Assembly: GCA_963759775.1 (NCBI GenBank)
Contig: CAVXAH010000001.1
Location: 336,682 to 400,681 of the forward strand
Direction: 5' to 3'
DNA length: 64,000 nt
DNA from: an uncultured bacterium
GTDB taxonomy: Bacteria > Patescibacteriota > Minisyncoccia > Phycocordibacterales > Phycocordibacteraceae
In this document: positions 35,939 to 45,833 of the stretch, in pieces
How positions within the stretch are numbered: the stretch's first letter is position 1
Layout of the letters: each line of letters starts with the position of its first letter
The notes under the pieces: model-generated
The model's input: the letters and a program-made list of their open reading frames with translations, nothing else
Told to the model about the DNA's origin: nothing
Databases searched by the model: none
Position numbers and translations under genes: made by a program

Positions 35939-35956
35939 ATCAGAACCCAATACGTT

Positions 35957-36229
35957 TTATTTAACCGCGTCCTTAAGTGCCTTTGCGGGGCGGAATTTTG
36001 CCGTGCGAGTAGCGTTGATGTGAATCGTCTCACCCGTGCGAGGATTGCGTCCTTCGCGTGCTGGGCGTGCCTTCGTGACGAAGATGCCAAGACCTGCGAC
36101 CGAGACCTCCTCACCCTTTGAGAGCGCCTTGGTGATGCTTTCAATAACAGTCTCAACTGCGCGTTCTGCATCGGCCTTGGTCGAACCGAGCGTCTCCTGA
36201 ACCTTTCCTGCGATGTCTGCCTTGTTCAT
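35957..36229 (-). CDS. hup: HU/IHF family DNA-binding protein
   Basis: MNKADIAGKV...GLGIFVTKARPAREGRNPRTGETIHI pattern; ATG 36229. Confidence 0.9.
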   Translation of the reverse strand: MNKADIAGKVQETLGSTKADAERAVETVIESITKALSKGEEVSVAGLGIFVTKARPAREGRNPRTGETIHINATRTAKFRPAKALKDAVK

Positions 36230-36342
36230 AAGGTTTCTCTTAGTTGTTAATCCCACGGCCGATACGGGAGCGGGGATGGGGGAAAGTATAGGAAATGCCC
36301 CGTTTTATGCAACCCTCGTAAAACCAAGGGCTTTTCTCATTG

Positions 36343-37851
36343 TTATCTAGCAAATTCAACAACGCGGTTCTCGCGGATGATGTTTACTTTGATTTCGCCC
36401 GGATATTTGAGCTCTTCCTGGACGCGGGTCGCGATATCACGCGCCATTTTGTGCATCGCGAGGTCGGAAACCTTTCCTGGGTTCACGAAAATACGTATTT
36501 CGCGCCCCGCAGAGATGGCATAGGTCTTCTCAACACCCTCAAAACTCATCGCAATGCGCTCAAGGTCGCCAAGACGCTCAAGATAGCGCTCAATCGTGTC
36601 GCGACGCGCACCTGGGCGACCGCCCGAGATCGCGTCTGCCACCTGCACAATCACCGATTCAGGCGTTTCGTACGGGTATTCCTCGTGGTGCGACTGCATC
36701 GCGTGGATGACTTTCTTATCAACAGCAAATTTTTCAAGGATGCGTCGACCAATTTCTACGTGCGTGCCCTGTACCTCATGGTCGACCGCTTTGCCGATGT
36801 CATGGAGAAGGGCACCGGTACGTGCGACCTTCGGATCCGCTCCAAGCTCAGTCGCGAGCATGCCCGCAATGTGCGCCATCTCAACTGAGTGCTGAAGCAC
36901 ATTTTGGCCATAGCTCGTGCGGAAGTTGAGCCGCCCTAAAAGTGCTACGAGCTTCGGATCAAGTCCAACGACCCCCGCCTCAAAGGTTGCTTCCTCGCCC
37001 TTCTTTTTCACGATCTCGTTGACCTCTGCTTTCGTTTTCTCAACTATCTCCTCAATTTTTGCAGGCTGGATACGACCGTCAACAATAAGTTTCTCAAGAG
37101 CCATCTTTGCGATGGTGCGGCGAAGCGGATCGAACGAGGATAGGGTGATTTTATCAGGAGCATCGTCAATGAGCACATCCACGCCCGTCGCTCGCTCAAA
37201 AGCCTTGATATTGCGACCTTCTTTGCCGATTATTTTTCCTTTCATTTCTTCCGAAGGAAGGGCAACCGCAAGCGACATAGCCTCAGTATTGACCGCGTTT
37301 CCAAGTCGGTGAATGGCGGCGAGCAAAATGTTCTTTGCTTTGCCTTCAAGTCGTTCACGGCCGTTCGCGTCAAGTTTTTGGATACGAAGAAGGATTGATT
37401 CTTCGTGGGCGTCTTCTATTTCTTTGAAGAGTGCTTCACGCGCCTTGTCTTCAGAGAGATGCGCAATGCGCGAAAGGGTCTTCGTGCGCTCCTCAACAAG
37501 ATTGTCCGCCTCCGCTTCACGTCTTTTCACGTCCTCAGCGGTAGCATCCAAATCCCTCTGGCGCTGATCAATAAATTCTTCCTTTTTTGTAAGGCGTTCT
37601 TCCGTTTTCACGAGCTTCTCTTCCCGCTCTTCGAGAGGTCCAAGGCGTTCGGTTTCAAGCACCTCGCTTCGGTACTCGGCGTCAGCAATTATCTTTGCGG
37701 CAGCCTCTTTTGCCTGCAGTTGTTTTTGCTTGATTTCAAGCTCAAGAGAGCCACGCTGACCAAGCGCAATAAGCCAACGAAGCACGTACCCAAGCACAAT
37801 GCCTACTACACCCGAAAGTGCGAGCAGTATTAATATAATTTTAAGTGACAT
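36343..37851 (-). CDS. rny: Ribonuclease Y
   Basis: N-terminal TM, coiled region, KH domain (GKIIGKEGRNIKAFE) and HD domain (LLHDIGKAVDHE). Confidence 0.9.
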   Translation of the reverse strand: MSLKIILILLALSGVVGIVLGYVLRWLIALGQRGSLELEIKQKQLQAKEAAAKIIADAEYRSEVLETERLGPLEEREEKLVKTEERLTKKEEFIDQRQRDLDATAEDVKRREAEADNLVEERTKTLSRIAHLSEDKAREALFKEIEDAHEESILLRIQKLDANGRERLEGKAKNILLAAIHRLGNAVNTEAMSLAVALPSEEMKGKIIGKEGRNIKAFERATGVDVLIDDAPDKITLSSFDPLRRTIAKMALEKLIVDGRIQPAKIEEIVEKTKAEVNEIVKKKGEEATFEAGVVGLDPKLVALLGRLNFRTSYGQNVLQHSVEMAHIAGMLATELGADPKVARTGALLHDIGKAVDHEVQGTHVEIGRRILEKFAVDKKVIHAMQSHHEEYPYETPESVIVQVADAISGGRPGARRDTIERYLERLGDLERIAMSFEGVEKTYAISAGREIRIFVNPGKVSDLAMHKMARDIATRVQEELKYPGEIKVNIIRENRVVEFAR

Positions 37852-38079
37852 AAGTGGGGAGCATGTCCAAAATCCTCATCTGCTTCGTTACTCGCTCCGC
37901 TTCTCGCTCGCCGTATGTTCAATACGGCTCGCTCACTGCTCACTCGCGCCTCGCATATGAGAGATTTTTGACACGCTCTGTAAATCCAATAGTTCAATGG
38001 GAGGTGCGGTGGAGCGGTCGAAGCAGGAGGCGCGGAGGAGCAGTACAGGGGGACTGTATCACTTCGGGCAATTCAGAGC

Positions 38080-38104
38080 AAAACCCGCCACGAGGCGGGT
38101 TTTG
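38080..38104. terminator. Intrinsic terminator after clpP
   Basis: AAA-ACCCGCC-ACGA-GGCGGGT-TTT. Confidence 0.6.
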
Positions 38105-38134
38105 TAATTCCTACAAGCTACTACCTACCACCTA

Positions 38135-38746
38135 CTAGCTGCCTTTATATACCAGGTCTACAATCCCGTATTTCTTTGCCTCGTCCGCAGTCATGAAGAA
38201 GTCGCGGTCAACGTCGTGCGCCACTTTTTCAAGCGGTTGTCCGGCCGCTTTGGCAAGAATTTTGTTGAGGCGATCGCGGAGCGAGAGAATGCGCTTCGCA
38301 CTTATTTCAATATCCGCCGCTTGGCCCTCTGCGCCACCATGGGGCTGGTGGATCATCACATCCGCATTTGGGAGCGCGAAGCGCTTTCCTTTTTTCCCTG
38401 ACGCAAGAATGATGGAGGCCATAGAGGCGGCCATACCCACACACACCGTGGAGACGTCGGGCTTCACATGGTTCATTGCGTCAACGATGGCGAGACCCGA
38501 ATGCACGTGTCCGCCTGGAGAATTGATGTAGAGGTGAATGTCTTTCTTTGGATCTTCAGATTCCAAGAAGAGAAGCTGGGCGATGACGAGGTTCGCGATG
38601 TCGTCATCAATGCCGCCACCAATAAAGATGACGCGGTCTTTAAGAAGGCGTGAGTAAATGTCGTACGAGCGTTCACCAAACTGTGATTTCTCAAGCACGA
38701 TAGGCACCAGCATTGAACTCTTCGGGAACTTGGTTTCGGTAATCAT
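38135..38746 (-). CDS. clpP: ATP-dependent Clp protease proteolytic subunit
   Basis: [25 protein letters not shown] (Ser), MIHQP (His) motifs. Confidence 0.95.
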   Translation of the reverse strand: MITETKFPKSSMLVPIVLEKSQFGERSYDIYSRLLKDRVIFIGGGIDDDIANLVIAQLLFLESEDPKKDIHLYINSPGGHVHSGLAIVDAMNHVKPDVSTVCVGMAASMASIILASGKKGKRFALPNADVMIHQPHGGAEGQAADIEISAKRILSLRDRLNKILAKAAGQPLEKVAHDVDRDFFMTADEAKKYGIVDLVYKGS

Positions 38747-38816
38747 GAGGGCATAGTACCAAAACTAATGGGAAATAGGCAAAAGTTCCTCCACTAGCTA
38801 GAGGATGTTCGAACTG

Positions 38817-39041
38817 CTAATACGTTTCGGTCGTAGTGGTGGTTTGGAGTTGAAGAGCGCGCTCTTCAGCGATGCGCTTGCCCCAGGTGTAAAAAGCACC
38901 AATGACAATCATAAATACAATGATAATGATGGACGCCATTGCACCCCACGACTGCTGTTTTGGAGTTGGAGCAGCAAACGCTGGCGGCGGCAAGACCGAG
39001 GGAGCTGGCGTATCAGTTTTGTGAGGAGGAAGGAGTTCCAT
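38817..39041 (-). CDS. Small Pro-rich single-TM protein (74 aa)
   Basis: ORF trimmed to ATG 39041, which lies 7 nt after a TATACT box and downstream of the ppa terminator; TM IIIIVFMIVIGAFY. Confidence 0.45.
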   Translation of the reverse strand: MELLPPHKTDTPAPSVLPPPAFAAPTPKQQSWGAMASIIIIVFMIVIGAFYTWGKRIAEERALQLQTTTTTETY

Positions 39042-39056
39042 GCCGGGGAGTATAGC

Positions 39057-39087
39057 AAAAACCCCGCGACTTTGTCGCGGGGTTTTT
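39057..39087. terminator. Intrinsic terminator after ppa
   Basis: ACCCCGCGAC-TTT-GTCGCGGGGT 10-bp stem flanked by A- and T-runs. Confidence 0.7.
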
Positions 39088-39090
39088 GCT

Positions 39091-39615
39091 TTATTTCCCG
39101 TTCTTTTCTTTGTAGAGCTTTTGGGCGCGTTCAAAAGCGGCCTCAGCATCTTTACGTCCCTTAAATTCCCCTACCGTGACCTCTTTCTTTTGAAGTTGTT
39201 TGTAGGTCACGAAAAAGTGAGAAATTTCTTTCAGGGTGTGTTTGTTGACGTCTTCCAAATCTTTAATATCTGCAAAACGCGGATCATCTGCGGGAACGGC
39301 GATTATTTTCTCATCTGCCTCGCCACTGTCTACCATAGGAAGGATGGCAACCGGTCGTGCGCGAACCAGAATTCCCGGCGCAAGTGGAACGGTGGTAAGC
39401 ACCACCACATCAAGTGCGTCCCCATCGTCCCAGAGCGTTTGTGGCACAAATCCGTAGTCAAAGGGATAGCTTTGTGCCGTGTGAAGCACGCGGTCAAGCG
39501 CAATAAGCCCGGTCTTTTTGTCTATTTCGTACTTGTTTTGTGAACCACGTGGAATCTCAATGATGACGTTCATTTCATCTTTCGTTCCCGGATCAATATC
39601 GTGAAGAAGATTCAT
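39091..39615 (-). CDS. ppa: Inorganic pyrophosphatase (family I)
   Basis: IIEIPRGSQNKYEIDK, YPFDYGFVPQTLWDDGDALDV motifs. Confidence 0.95.
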   Translation of the reverse strand: MNLLHDIDPGTKDEMNVIIEIPRGSQNKYEIDKKTGLIALDRVLHTAQSYPFDYGFVPQTLWDDGDALDVVVLTTVPLAPGILVRARPVAILPMVDSGEADEKIIAVPADDPRFADIKDLEDVNKHTLKEISHFFVTYKQLQKKEVTVGEFKGRKDAEAAFERAQKLYKEKNGK

Positions 39616-39640
39616 AGAGAGAGTTTAACAATACAATACT

Positions 39641-41029
39641 TTATTCGTCCTTGGCCTTGTCGCGGTCTTCTGATTTGTCCGCAGCAGTTTCGTCTGAAGC
39701 AGGTAGAGCAGTGAGCTCTTCTTCAGCAGGAAGAATAGTCTTTTCTTTCTTGTCTTCGGTGATTATTTCGGAGCTTTCGGTCGGCATAAGGCCTGCCTCA
39801 ACAGAAGGCGCAGGAGCCGCAACACTCTCGGGAGTGATATCTACCGACTCACCATCAGACTCTGCGACGTTTACTCCGCCGGCAGAAACGATGTCAATAT
39901 TCCAGCCCGTGAGTTTTGCGGCGAGGCGAACATTTTGCCCACCGCGGCCAATCGCAAGTGACTGCTCATCTTCAGACACCGTAACGGTTGCGCGATGTGC
40001 TGCTTCATCAAGTACGACCGAGACTGGGCTTGCAGGAGAAAGTGCTTCCTTAATAAACGCTGAGGCATCTGCTGACCACTCAATGATGTCAATGCGCTCA
40101 CCGCCAAGTTCGCTCATCACGGTTGAGACGCGCACGCCGCGCTGACCAACCAAAGAGCCAACCGGGTCCACGTGTGGGTCAAGGGAGGCGAGTGCGATTT
40201 TCGTGCGGCTTCCCGGCTCGCGGGCAAGACCCTTCACTTCAATGCTTCCCGCAGCAAGCTCTGGAGCTTCCGACTCAAACAGCTTCACCACAAATTTCGG
40301 ATGCGCGCGTGAAAGGCGAAGATAGACGCCACGAAAACCTTCGTCAACGGCGTAGAGGTACGCGCGGATGCGCTCCCCGGGGCGGTAACGCTCCCCTGGA
40401 ATCTGCTCCTCGTAAGGGATGATGCCGGTTGCGCGACCGAGGTCAATGAAGAGCGCTCCGCGTTCCATGCGCTGGACAATGCCGCCCACAATTTCTCCTT
40501 TCTTACTGCCAAATTCCGCAAGCATAGAGAGTTTCTCCGCCTCGCGCACTTTTTGGATCACTACCTGCTTTGCAGTTTGCGCCGCAATGCGACCAAAATC
40601 GTCTTGTGGCTCAAGTGGGAAAATAATTTCTTCGCCAAGTGCCGCCCCGCGCTTGATGCGCTTCGCGTCATCAAGAAGAATGTGCTTCTCGCTCTCAAAG
40701 CGAGGGAGCTCGCCCTCGGCGAGATGCTCTTCTTCGGCATGGGAGTGGTGTCCGTGATGCGCATGACGCTCCTCCGGTACATCCTCTCCTTCGGTAGGGA
40801 ATCGGACCAGGGTGTCGTCAACGACCAACTTCACTTGTTCAAAAGAAACCGTGCCGGTATTGAGGTCGAGCTTCGCGCGTACCACCTGGCCGCGCTTCCC
40901 GTACTCCTTTTTATAGGCGGTAGCCATCGCGGTCTCAATAGCACCAATCATGGTGTCGCGTGTAATGCCGCGTTCTTCAAATTCCCCGAGCACTGAGTTG
41001 ATTGTTTTGAGGTCTATCATACCCGTCAC
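39641..41029 (-). CDS. nusA: Transcription termination/antitermination factor NusA with His-rich insertion and acidic C-terminal tail
   Basis: N-terminal domain, S1 (GGIVQRMERGALFIDLG), two KH domains (GQRGVRV, GRGGQNVRLA). Confidence 0.9.
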   Translation of the reverse strand: MTGMIDLKTINSVLGEFEERGITRDTMIGAIETAMATAYKKEYGKRGQVVRAKLDLNTGTVSFEQVKLVVDDTLVRFPTEGEDVPEERHAHHGHHSHAEEEHLAEGELPRFESEKHILLDDAKRIKRGAALGEEIIFPLEPQDDFGRIAAQTAKQVVIQKVREAEKLSMLAEFGSKKGEIVGGIVQRMERGALFIDLGRATGIIPYEEQIPGERYRPGERIRAYLYAVDEGFRGVYLRLSRAHPKFVVKLFESEAPELAAGSIEVKGLAREPGSRTKIALASLDPHVDPVGSLVGQRGVRVSTVMSELGGERIDIIEWSADASAFIKEALSPASPVSVVLDEAAHRATVTVSEDEQSLAIGRGGQNVRLAAKLTGWNIDIVSAGGVNVAESDGESVDITPESVAAPAPSVEAGLMPTESSEIITEDKKEKTILPAEEELTALPASDETAADKSEDRDKAKDE

Positions 41030-41420
41030 ACTAAAAGGCGTTGTTCGCCTGTAGGTTATTAAATTGTAGCCTGAGGTGTGTTACAGGCAGTGTTTCGAAT
41101 GTTTCTATAGTGTGTCGGGTCATATGGGTTGTGTATGTGTCGTTCTTTGAAAATCGTAGCCTGCTTCGTTACAGGGCCCCGCGATTCCCTCCGTCGTACC
41201 TTTGTACGCCTCTGGAAATCGCTTTCCCCGTGCCTCGCATACTATCGATTTTCAAGGAACTTTTCGCACTTTTCTAAAAATAAATGCCCGCGCACGCGGA
41301 CATCCAATAACCACCAAGATATCAAAAACTGCGTGTTGCGTCAATGAAGCCCTCAGGTTCTTGGCGAGTTATTCATGGAGCGGTTATTCCATAGCCCCTC
41401 GCATACGCTATTATTGGCGC

Positions 41421-43169
41421 ATGCACGTTTCAGAAAGCGAACTAAAAGAATTCATTCTTGACTCAGGGCTCGTGGCCAAAAAGGAAATTGACGCAGCATC
41501 AGCCGATGCGAAGACACGCGGCCAATCGCTTGGTGACATTCTTGTCTCACGCGGAGCACTCACCGAAGACGCGCTCCGCAGGATCCAGGCTTACGTGCTT
41601 GGCATCCCATTCGTTAATCTAAAAGACCGACGCATTCCTCCTGACGTGCTCGTGCTTATCCCAGAGCCAATCGCGCGTACCCACAACCTCATTGCGTACA
41701 AAAAGGAGGGAGAAACGCTTGAAGTTGCCATGCTTGATGTTGAAGATCTCGCATCTATCGACTTCGTGCGTAAAAAGACAGGACTCAAGATTTTGCCGCG
41801 GCTCACCGACACGGAATCTATCAAACACTCGCTTCTTCAGTACCAGAAGTCTCTCAAGGACGAGTTCGGAGACATTATTTCAACGGAAGCGGGAAAGCTG
41901 AAGGTGGTGAAAGCGGGCGATGCGGATCTTTCCCACGATGATCTCAAAAAAATGGCAGAGGACCTGCCGATTGTGCGCATCGTTGACACACTCCTTCGCC
42001 ATGCCATCACGCAAGATGCATCTGACATACATATTGAACCCATGGAGCAGGAAGTGTTGGTCCGGTATCGCATTGACGGCATTTTGCACGACGCGATGAT
42101 GCTTCCGCGAGCCGCAGCAGCCGGGCTTGCTGCCCGCATCAAGGTGCTCGCAACGCTCAAGCTTGATGAAAAACGCTTGCCGCAAGACGGTCGCTTCAAG
42201 ATGGAGACGGAAGCGGATCGGGTGTCGTTTCGTGTTTCGGTGCTCCCCACTTTTTTCGGAGAAAAAATTGTGATGCGTCTTCTCCGAGAGACCGGCGAAG
42301 GATTTACTCTTGACGCTCTTGGGTTCCACGGCGAAAACCTGGAGCGCATCCACAAGGCACTGAAGCAGACTACCGGCATTGTGCTCGTTTCCGGCCCCAC
42401 GGGAAGCGGAAAAACGACGACGCTGTACACCATGCTCGATATTTTGAATACGCCGGATGTCAACATTTCAACCATTGAAGACCCGATTGAGTATCAAATG
42501 AAGCGGGTAAACCAAACGCAGGTGAACTCACAAATTGGATTCACTTTTTCTTCAGGACTCCGCTCTCTCGTTCGCCAGGACCCAGACATCATCATGGTCG
42601 GCGAAATTCGAGACAGCGAAACCGCGAGCCTTGCTATCAATGCCGCACTCACCGGTCACCTCGTGCTCTCAACCATCCACACCAACTCCGCGGCGGGCGC
42701 TATTCCGCGCCTTCTTGATATGGGAGTTGAGCCGTTTCTTCTCGCATCGACCATACGCGTCGTCATAGGTCAGCGCCTGGTGAGAAAACTCTGTGACGGC
42801 AAAGAGGAGTATTCACTTTCCGCCACCGAGCGAGCGAAGGTTTCGTCCGACCAGTCGTTTAACGCCGCCCTTAAAGCGTTACGTGCAGAAAAACTTGTAA
42901 AAGAGAATGCCGGACTCGACAGCCTTTCGTTCTATCACCCCAAGCCTTCCTCGGAATGTGAAGACGGCTACAAGAGCCGTATTGGTATCCATGAAGTAAT
43001 GGCGGTGTCTCCTGCGATTCGTGAGATCATGCTTCACGAGACCACGACCGATACGCTTGAAGCACAGGCGAAAAAAGAGGGTATGCTCACCATGCTTGAA
43101 GACGGTATCTACAAGGCTTCCCGCGGCGTGACCTCGCTTGAAGAGGTACTTCGCGCCGTGAGCGAATAA
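41421..43169 (+). CDS. pilB: Type IV pilus assembly ATPase PilB/GspE (copy 2)
   Basis: T2SSE N-domain, Walker A SGPTGSGKTTT, IIMVGEIRD, TGHLVLSTIHTN; ATG 41421 lies 6 nt after TATTAT; longer ORF from 41202 rejected. Confidence 0.9.
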   Translation: MHVSESELKEFILDSGLVAKKEIDAASADAKTRGQSLGDILVSRGALTEDALRRIQAYVLGIPFVNLKDRRIPPDVLVLIPEPIARTHNLIAYKKEGETLEVAMLDVEDLASIDFVRKKTGLKILPRLTDTESIKHSLLQYQKSLKDEFGDIISTEAGKLKVVKAGDADLSHDDLKKMAEDLPIVRIVDTLLRHAITQDASDIHIEPMEQEVLVRYRIDGILHDAMMLPRAAAAGLAARIKVLATLKLDEKRLPQDGRFKMETEADRVSFRVSVLPTFFGEKIVMRLLRETGEGFTLDALGFHGENLERIHKALKQTTGIVLVSGPTGSGKTTTLYTMLDILNTPDVNISTIEDPIEYQMKRVNQTQVNSQIGFTFSSGLRSLVRQDPDIIMVGEIRDSETASLAINAALTGHLVLSTIHTNSAAGAIPRLLDMGVEPFLLASTIRVVIGQRLVRKLCDGKEEYSLSATERAKVSSDQSFNAALKALRAEKLVKENAGLDSLSFYHPKPSSECEDGYKSRIGIHEVMAVSPAIREIMLHETTTDTLEAQAKKEGMLTMLEDGIYKASRGVTSLEEVLRAVSE

Positions 43170-43174
43170 CAAAC

Positions 43175-44389
43175 ATGAAATTCACTGTCACTATCCGAAA
43201 AGGAGATGCGCAAAACGAGACGCGGGTCCTTGAGGCGCCTTCGCGTTTTGCGGTGTATGAAATGGTTGAAAAGGAAGGCGGTACGGTTGTCACTCTCAAA
43301 GAGGGTGGCGGGGCGGGAGGGCGTCCGGCATGGATGGATATAAGCTTTGGCACGGGTATCAAACAGATAGAGGTCATCACGCTCACCAAGAATTTGTCCG
43401 CCATGCTCACCGCAGGACTTTCTCTTTCGCGAGCGCTTTCGGTTATTGAACGACAGTCAAGTAACAAAAGTCTTAAGAAGCTGGTAGTCGCACTCGGCGA
43501 TTCGGTAAAAAAGGGCTCTTCCTTTCATGATGCACTCGCCGAGCACAAAAAAATATTTTCAAGTCTTTACATAGCCATGGCGAGAGCAGGAGAGGAGTCT
43601 GGTTCGCTTGCGCCCTCACTCTCAATTGTCGGTCTTCAGATGGAGAGGACCTACGCACTCATCCGCAAACTCAAAGGAGCCATGATTTATCCGGTGGTGG
43701 TTATCACCGCTATTTTTATCGTGGGAATCCTCATGCTTATTTACGTAGTGCCGACACTCACGGCGACATTCACCTCCCTTAACGTAGAACTTCCGCTTGC
43801 AACAAGAGTGATTGTCGCGCTTTCTAATTTCATGGTGGACCATGTGGTGATCGTCGCCCTCCTTATCATCTTTTCCATAGGTGGCATGATATTTTTCATA
43901 CGCTCAAACGTAGGCTCGGCGATTATCCTCCGAATTGCTCTCCATCTTCCTATCATCGGCGACCTTGTGCGCGAAACGTATGCCGCACGCACCGCCCGCA
44001 CGCTCTCCTCACTTCTTTCTTCTGCCGTTCCCGTTCTTGAGGCTCTTTCCATTACGGCAGAAGTCGTTCATGCGCCACTTTTTGCACGCGTCATTGAGGA
44101 AGCGGAAGTGAAGGTGAAGAAGGGCGAGCCGCTCTCCACCGCATTTATTGAGAATCCGAAACTCTACCCGATATTGATGGGAGACATGCTTGCCGTAGGC
44201 GAAGAAACAGGAAAAGTGGATGAAATGCTCCGGCGCACCGCAGAATTTTACGAAGAAGACGTCTCGGAAAGAACGAAAGACCTCTCAACAGTCATAGAAC
44301 CAGTGCTCATTCTCCTTATCGGTCTTTTTGTCGGTGTCTTTGCGGTCGCCATGATCGCCCCTATCTACTCGCTCTCCTCGGCGATCTAA
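43175..44389 (+). CDS. pilC: Type IV pilus platform protein PilC/GspF
   Basis: 404 aa, two GspF repeats, three TM segments, adjacent to pilB. Confidence 0.9.
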   Translation: MKFTVTIRKGDAQNETRVLEAPSRFAVYEMVEKEGGTVVTLKEGGGAGGRPAWMDISFGTGIKQIEVITLTKNLSAMLTAGLSLSRALSVIERQSSNKSLKKLVVALGDSVKKGSSFHDALAEHKKIFSSLYIAMARAGEESGSLAPSLSIVGLQMERTYALIRKLKGAMIYPVVVITAIFIVGILMLIYVVPTLTATFTSLNVELPLATRVIVALSNFMVDHVVIVALLIIFSIGGMIFFIRSNVGSAIILRIALHLPIIGDLVRETYAARTARTLSSLLSSAVPVLEALSITAEVVHAPLFARVIEEAEVKVKKGEPLSTAFIENPKLYPILMGDMLAVGEETGKVDEMLRRTAEFYEEDVSERTKDLSTVIEPVLILLIGLFVGVFAVAMIAPIYSLSSAI

Positions 44390-44540
44390 GTTTTCGTAAA
44401 TTCCGAAACTCTTTCTTGGTACACGTTTTTGATAGACACACATAAAAGTCTGCTGACTTTTTGCTACGCCAGGGCTCCGATCAGCCTGCGCGATGTCTCT
44501 CAAAAACGGCACCTGCGACGAGTTTCGTAATTAAATAGTT

Positions 44541-45833
44541 TTAGGGAACAATCACGTAGGAGCCGCGATTGATGGCCCATGCGCCTCCTGGGCCACTGGT
44601 GAAGCTCGCGCTTTGAAGCCCGCTTACGTAGGTGAGGTGCACTTGGTTACCCAAAACAAGCTGACGTGCCGTGACTTGGTTTGCGGAAGAGTTGTTTCCC
44701 ATGGTAATCGTGCCGTCAGGCGCGTAAAGAAGAACGCCCGTTGAACCGTTGTTCATGACGATAGAGTTTGAACCCGTGTTCATGGAAATCACGAGCGGAT
44801 AGCTGGTGGGACTCCCGTTTCCGGCAATTGACACATTGTTTGAGAGGTCCACGACGCCTTTCACAGCGCGGTTTGCCGGATCGTCGGCTATGAGGACGGC
44901 GCTTTGCGAACCCGTTGACCCAGCGGTATAAAAGAAGGAGTTGTTGCCAAACGTGATATTGCCCTTGACCCACACTGGTCCCGACAAGTAGAGCGTTGCT
45001 CCAATACCGATGGTAAGGTTGCCATTGATTTTGAAGCGACCAAGTGTTTGAGTACCGGTAAGCGTGTAGTTGCCCTCAAAAACTCCCCCCGCCTCAGCAG
45101 TTGCTTCCCACTCTGCTATCTGTTCGTCTGAAATAGGCATAGCGAGCTCGGGCGCCTCCGGGTAGTTCGGGGTTGTGGAAAGTGCCGTGCAGGAACTGTA
45201 GGTGGAGAAATATTTTGCGCTTCCACCAATGGTGCAGTTCTCCATCGAGTACGCCTGGGCATCTCCCGAGATACTTATTCTTTGAGTAAACGAGTCACCC
45301 GAAATTTCCGAAGTACGCGCCGCAACTACCGTGCCGGTTATTGTTCCTCTTCCCGTCACCGAACCGTTTGCATACACATTTCCGACAATCGTAGAACCTG
45401 GTCCCATGGAAAGACCCCCGTTTCCAAGCTGAACACCGTAATTAAAAGCAATCAGAGTTGTATCTACACTCACGGTTGCGGTGATGGTGCGCCTCGCGAT
45501 TGGATTTGCACTTGAGGGAATATATCCCGTTACGGTTACGCGCCGAGTGTTCGTGTCCACCAGGCTTACCACCGTTGAAAATGTTCCGGTGCCAAGCGAG
45601 GTGTTGGTTTCTCCAAGATAGAGCGGGGACTGGTTAAGCTCATAGACTGCTTTGTCCATACCCGCCTCCGCGAGCGCAAGCGCCTCGGTAGTCGTGCGTG
45701 TGTAGTGTTGTACGCGTACGGAGGTCACTACATAACTGGTGAGTCCGGTCACAACGGTAAAGATGGCGGCACTTATAACGAGCGCAAGAAGAAGCACATA
45801 TCCGCGACTATACGCAGAGCGAGGGGGCATCAT
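44541..45833 (-). CDS. Large pilus-associated protein with PilX-N-like hydrophobic N-terminus and beta-helix-like repeats
   Basis: RGYVLLLALVISAAIFTVV N-terminus; Gly/Asn/Thr-rich repeats; last gene of the pilin operon. Confidence 0.5.
   Translation of the reverse strand: MMPPRSAYSRGYVLLLALVISAAIFTVVTGLTSYVVTSVRVQHYTRTTTEALALAEAGMDKAVYELNQSPLYLGETNTSLGTGTFSTVVSLVDTNTRRVTVTGYIPSSANPIARRTITATVSVDTTLIAFNYGVQLGNGGLSMGPGSTIVGNVYANGSVTGRGTITGTVVAARTSEISGDSFTQRISISGDAQAYSMENCTIGGSAKYFSTYSSCTALSTTPNYPEAPELAMPISDEQIAEWEATAEAGGVFEGNYTLTGTQTLGRFKINGNLTIGIGATLYLSGPVWVKGNITFGNNSFFYTAGSTGSQSAVLIADDPANRAVKGVVDLSNNVSIAGNGSPTSYPLVISMNTGSNSIVMNNGSTGVLLYAPDGTITMGNNSSANQVTARQLVLGNQVHLTYVSGLQSASFTSGPGGAWAINRGSYVIVP

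Noticed and set aside
37968-38107. Perfect TTGACA at 37968 followed about 110 nt later by a terminator, considered as an sRNA gene.
   Set aside because: No acceptable -10 lies 16-18 nt downstream. The terminator is explained by clpP, and the region is the rny 5' upstream region.
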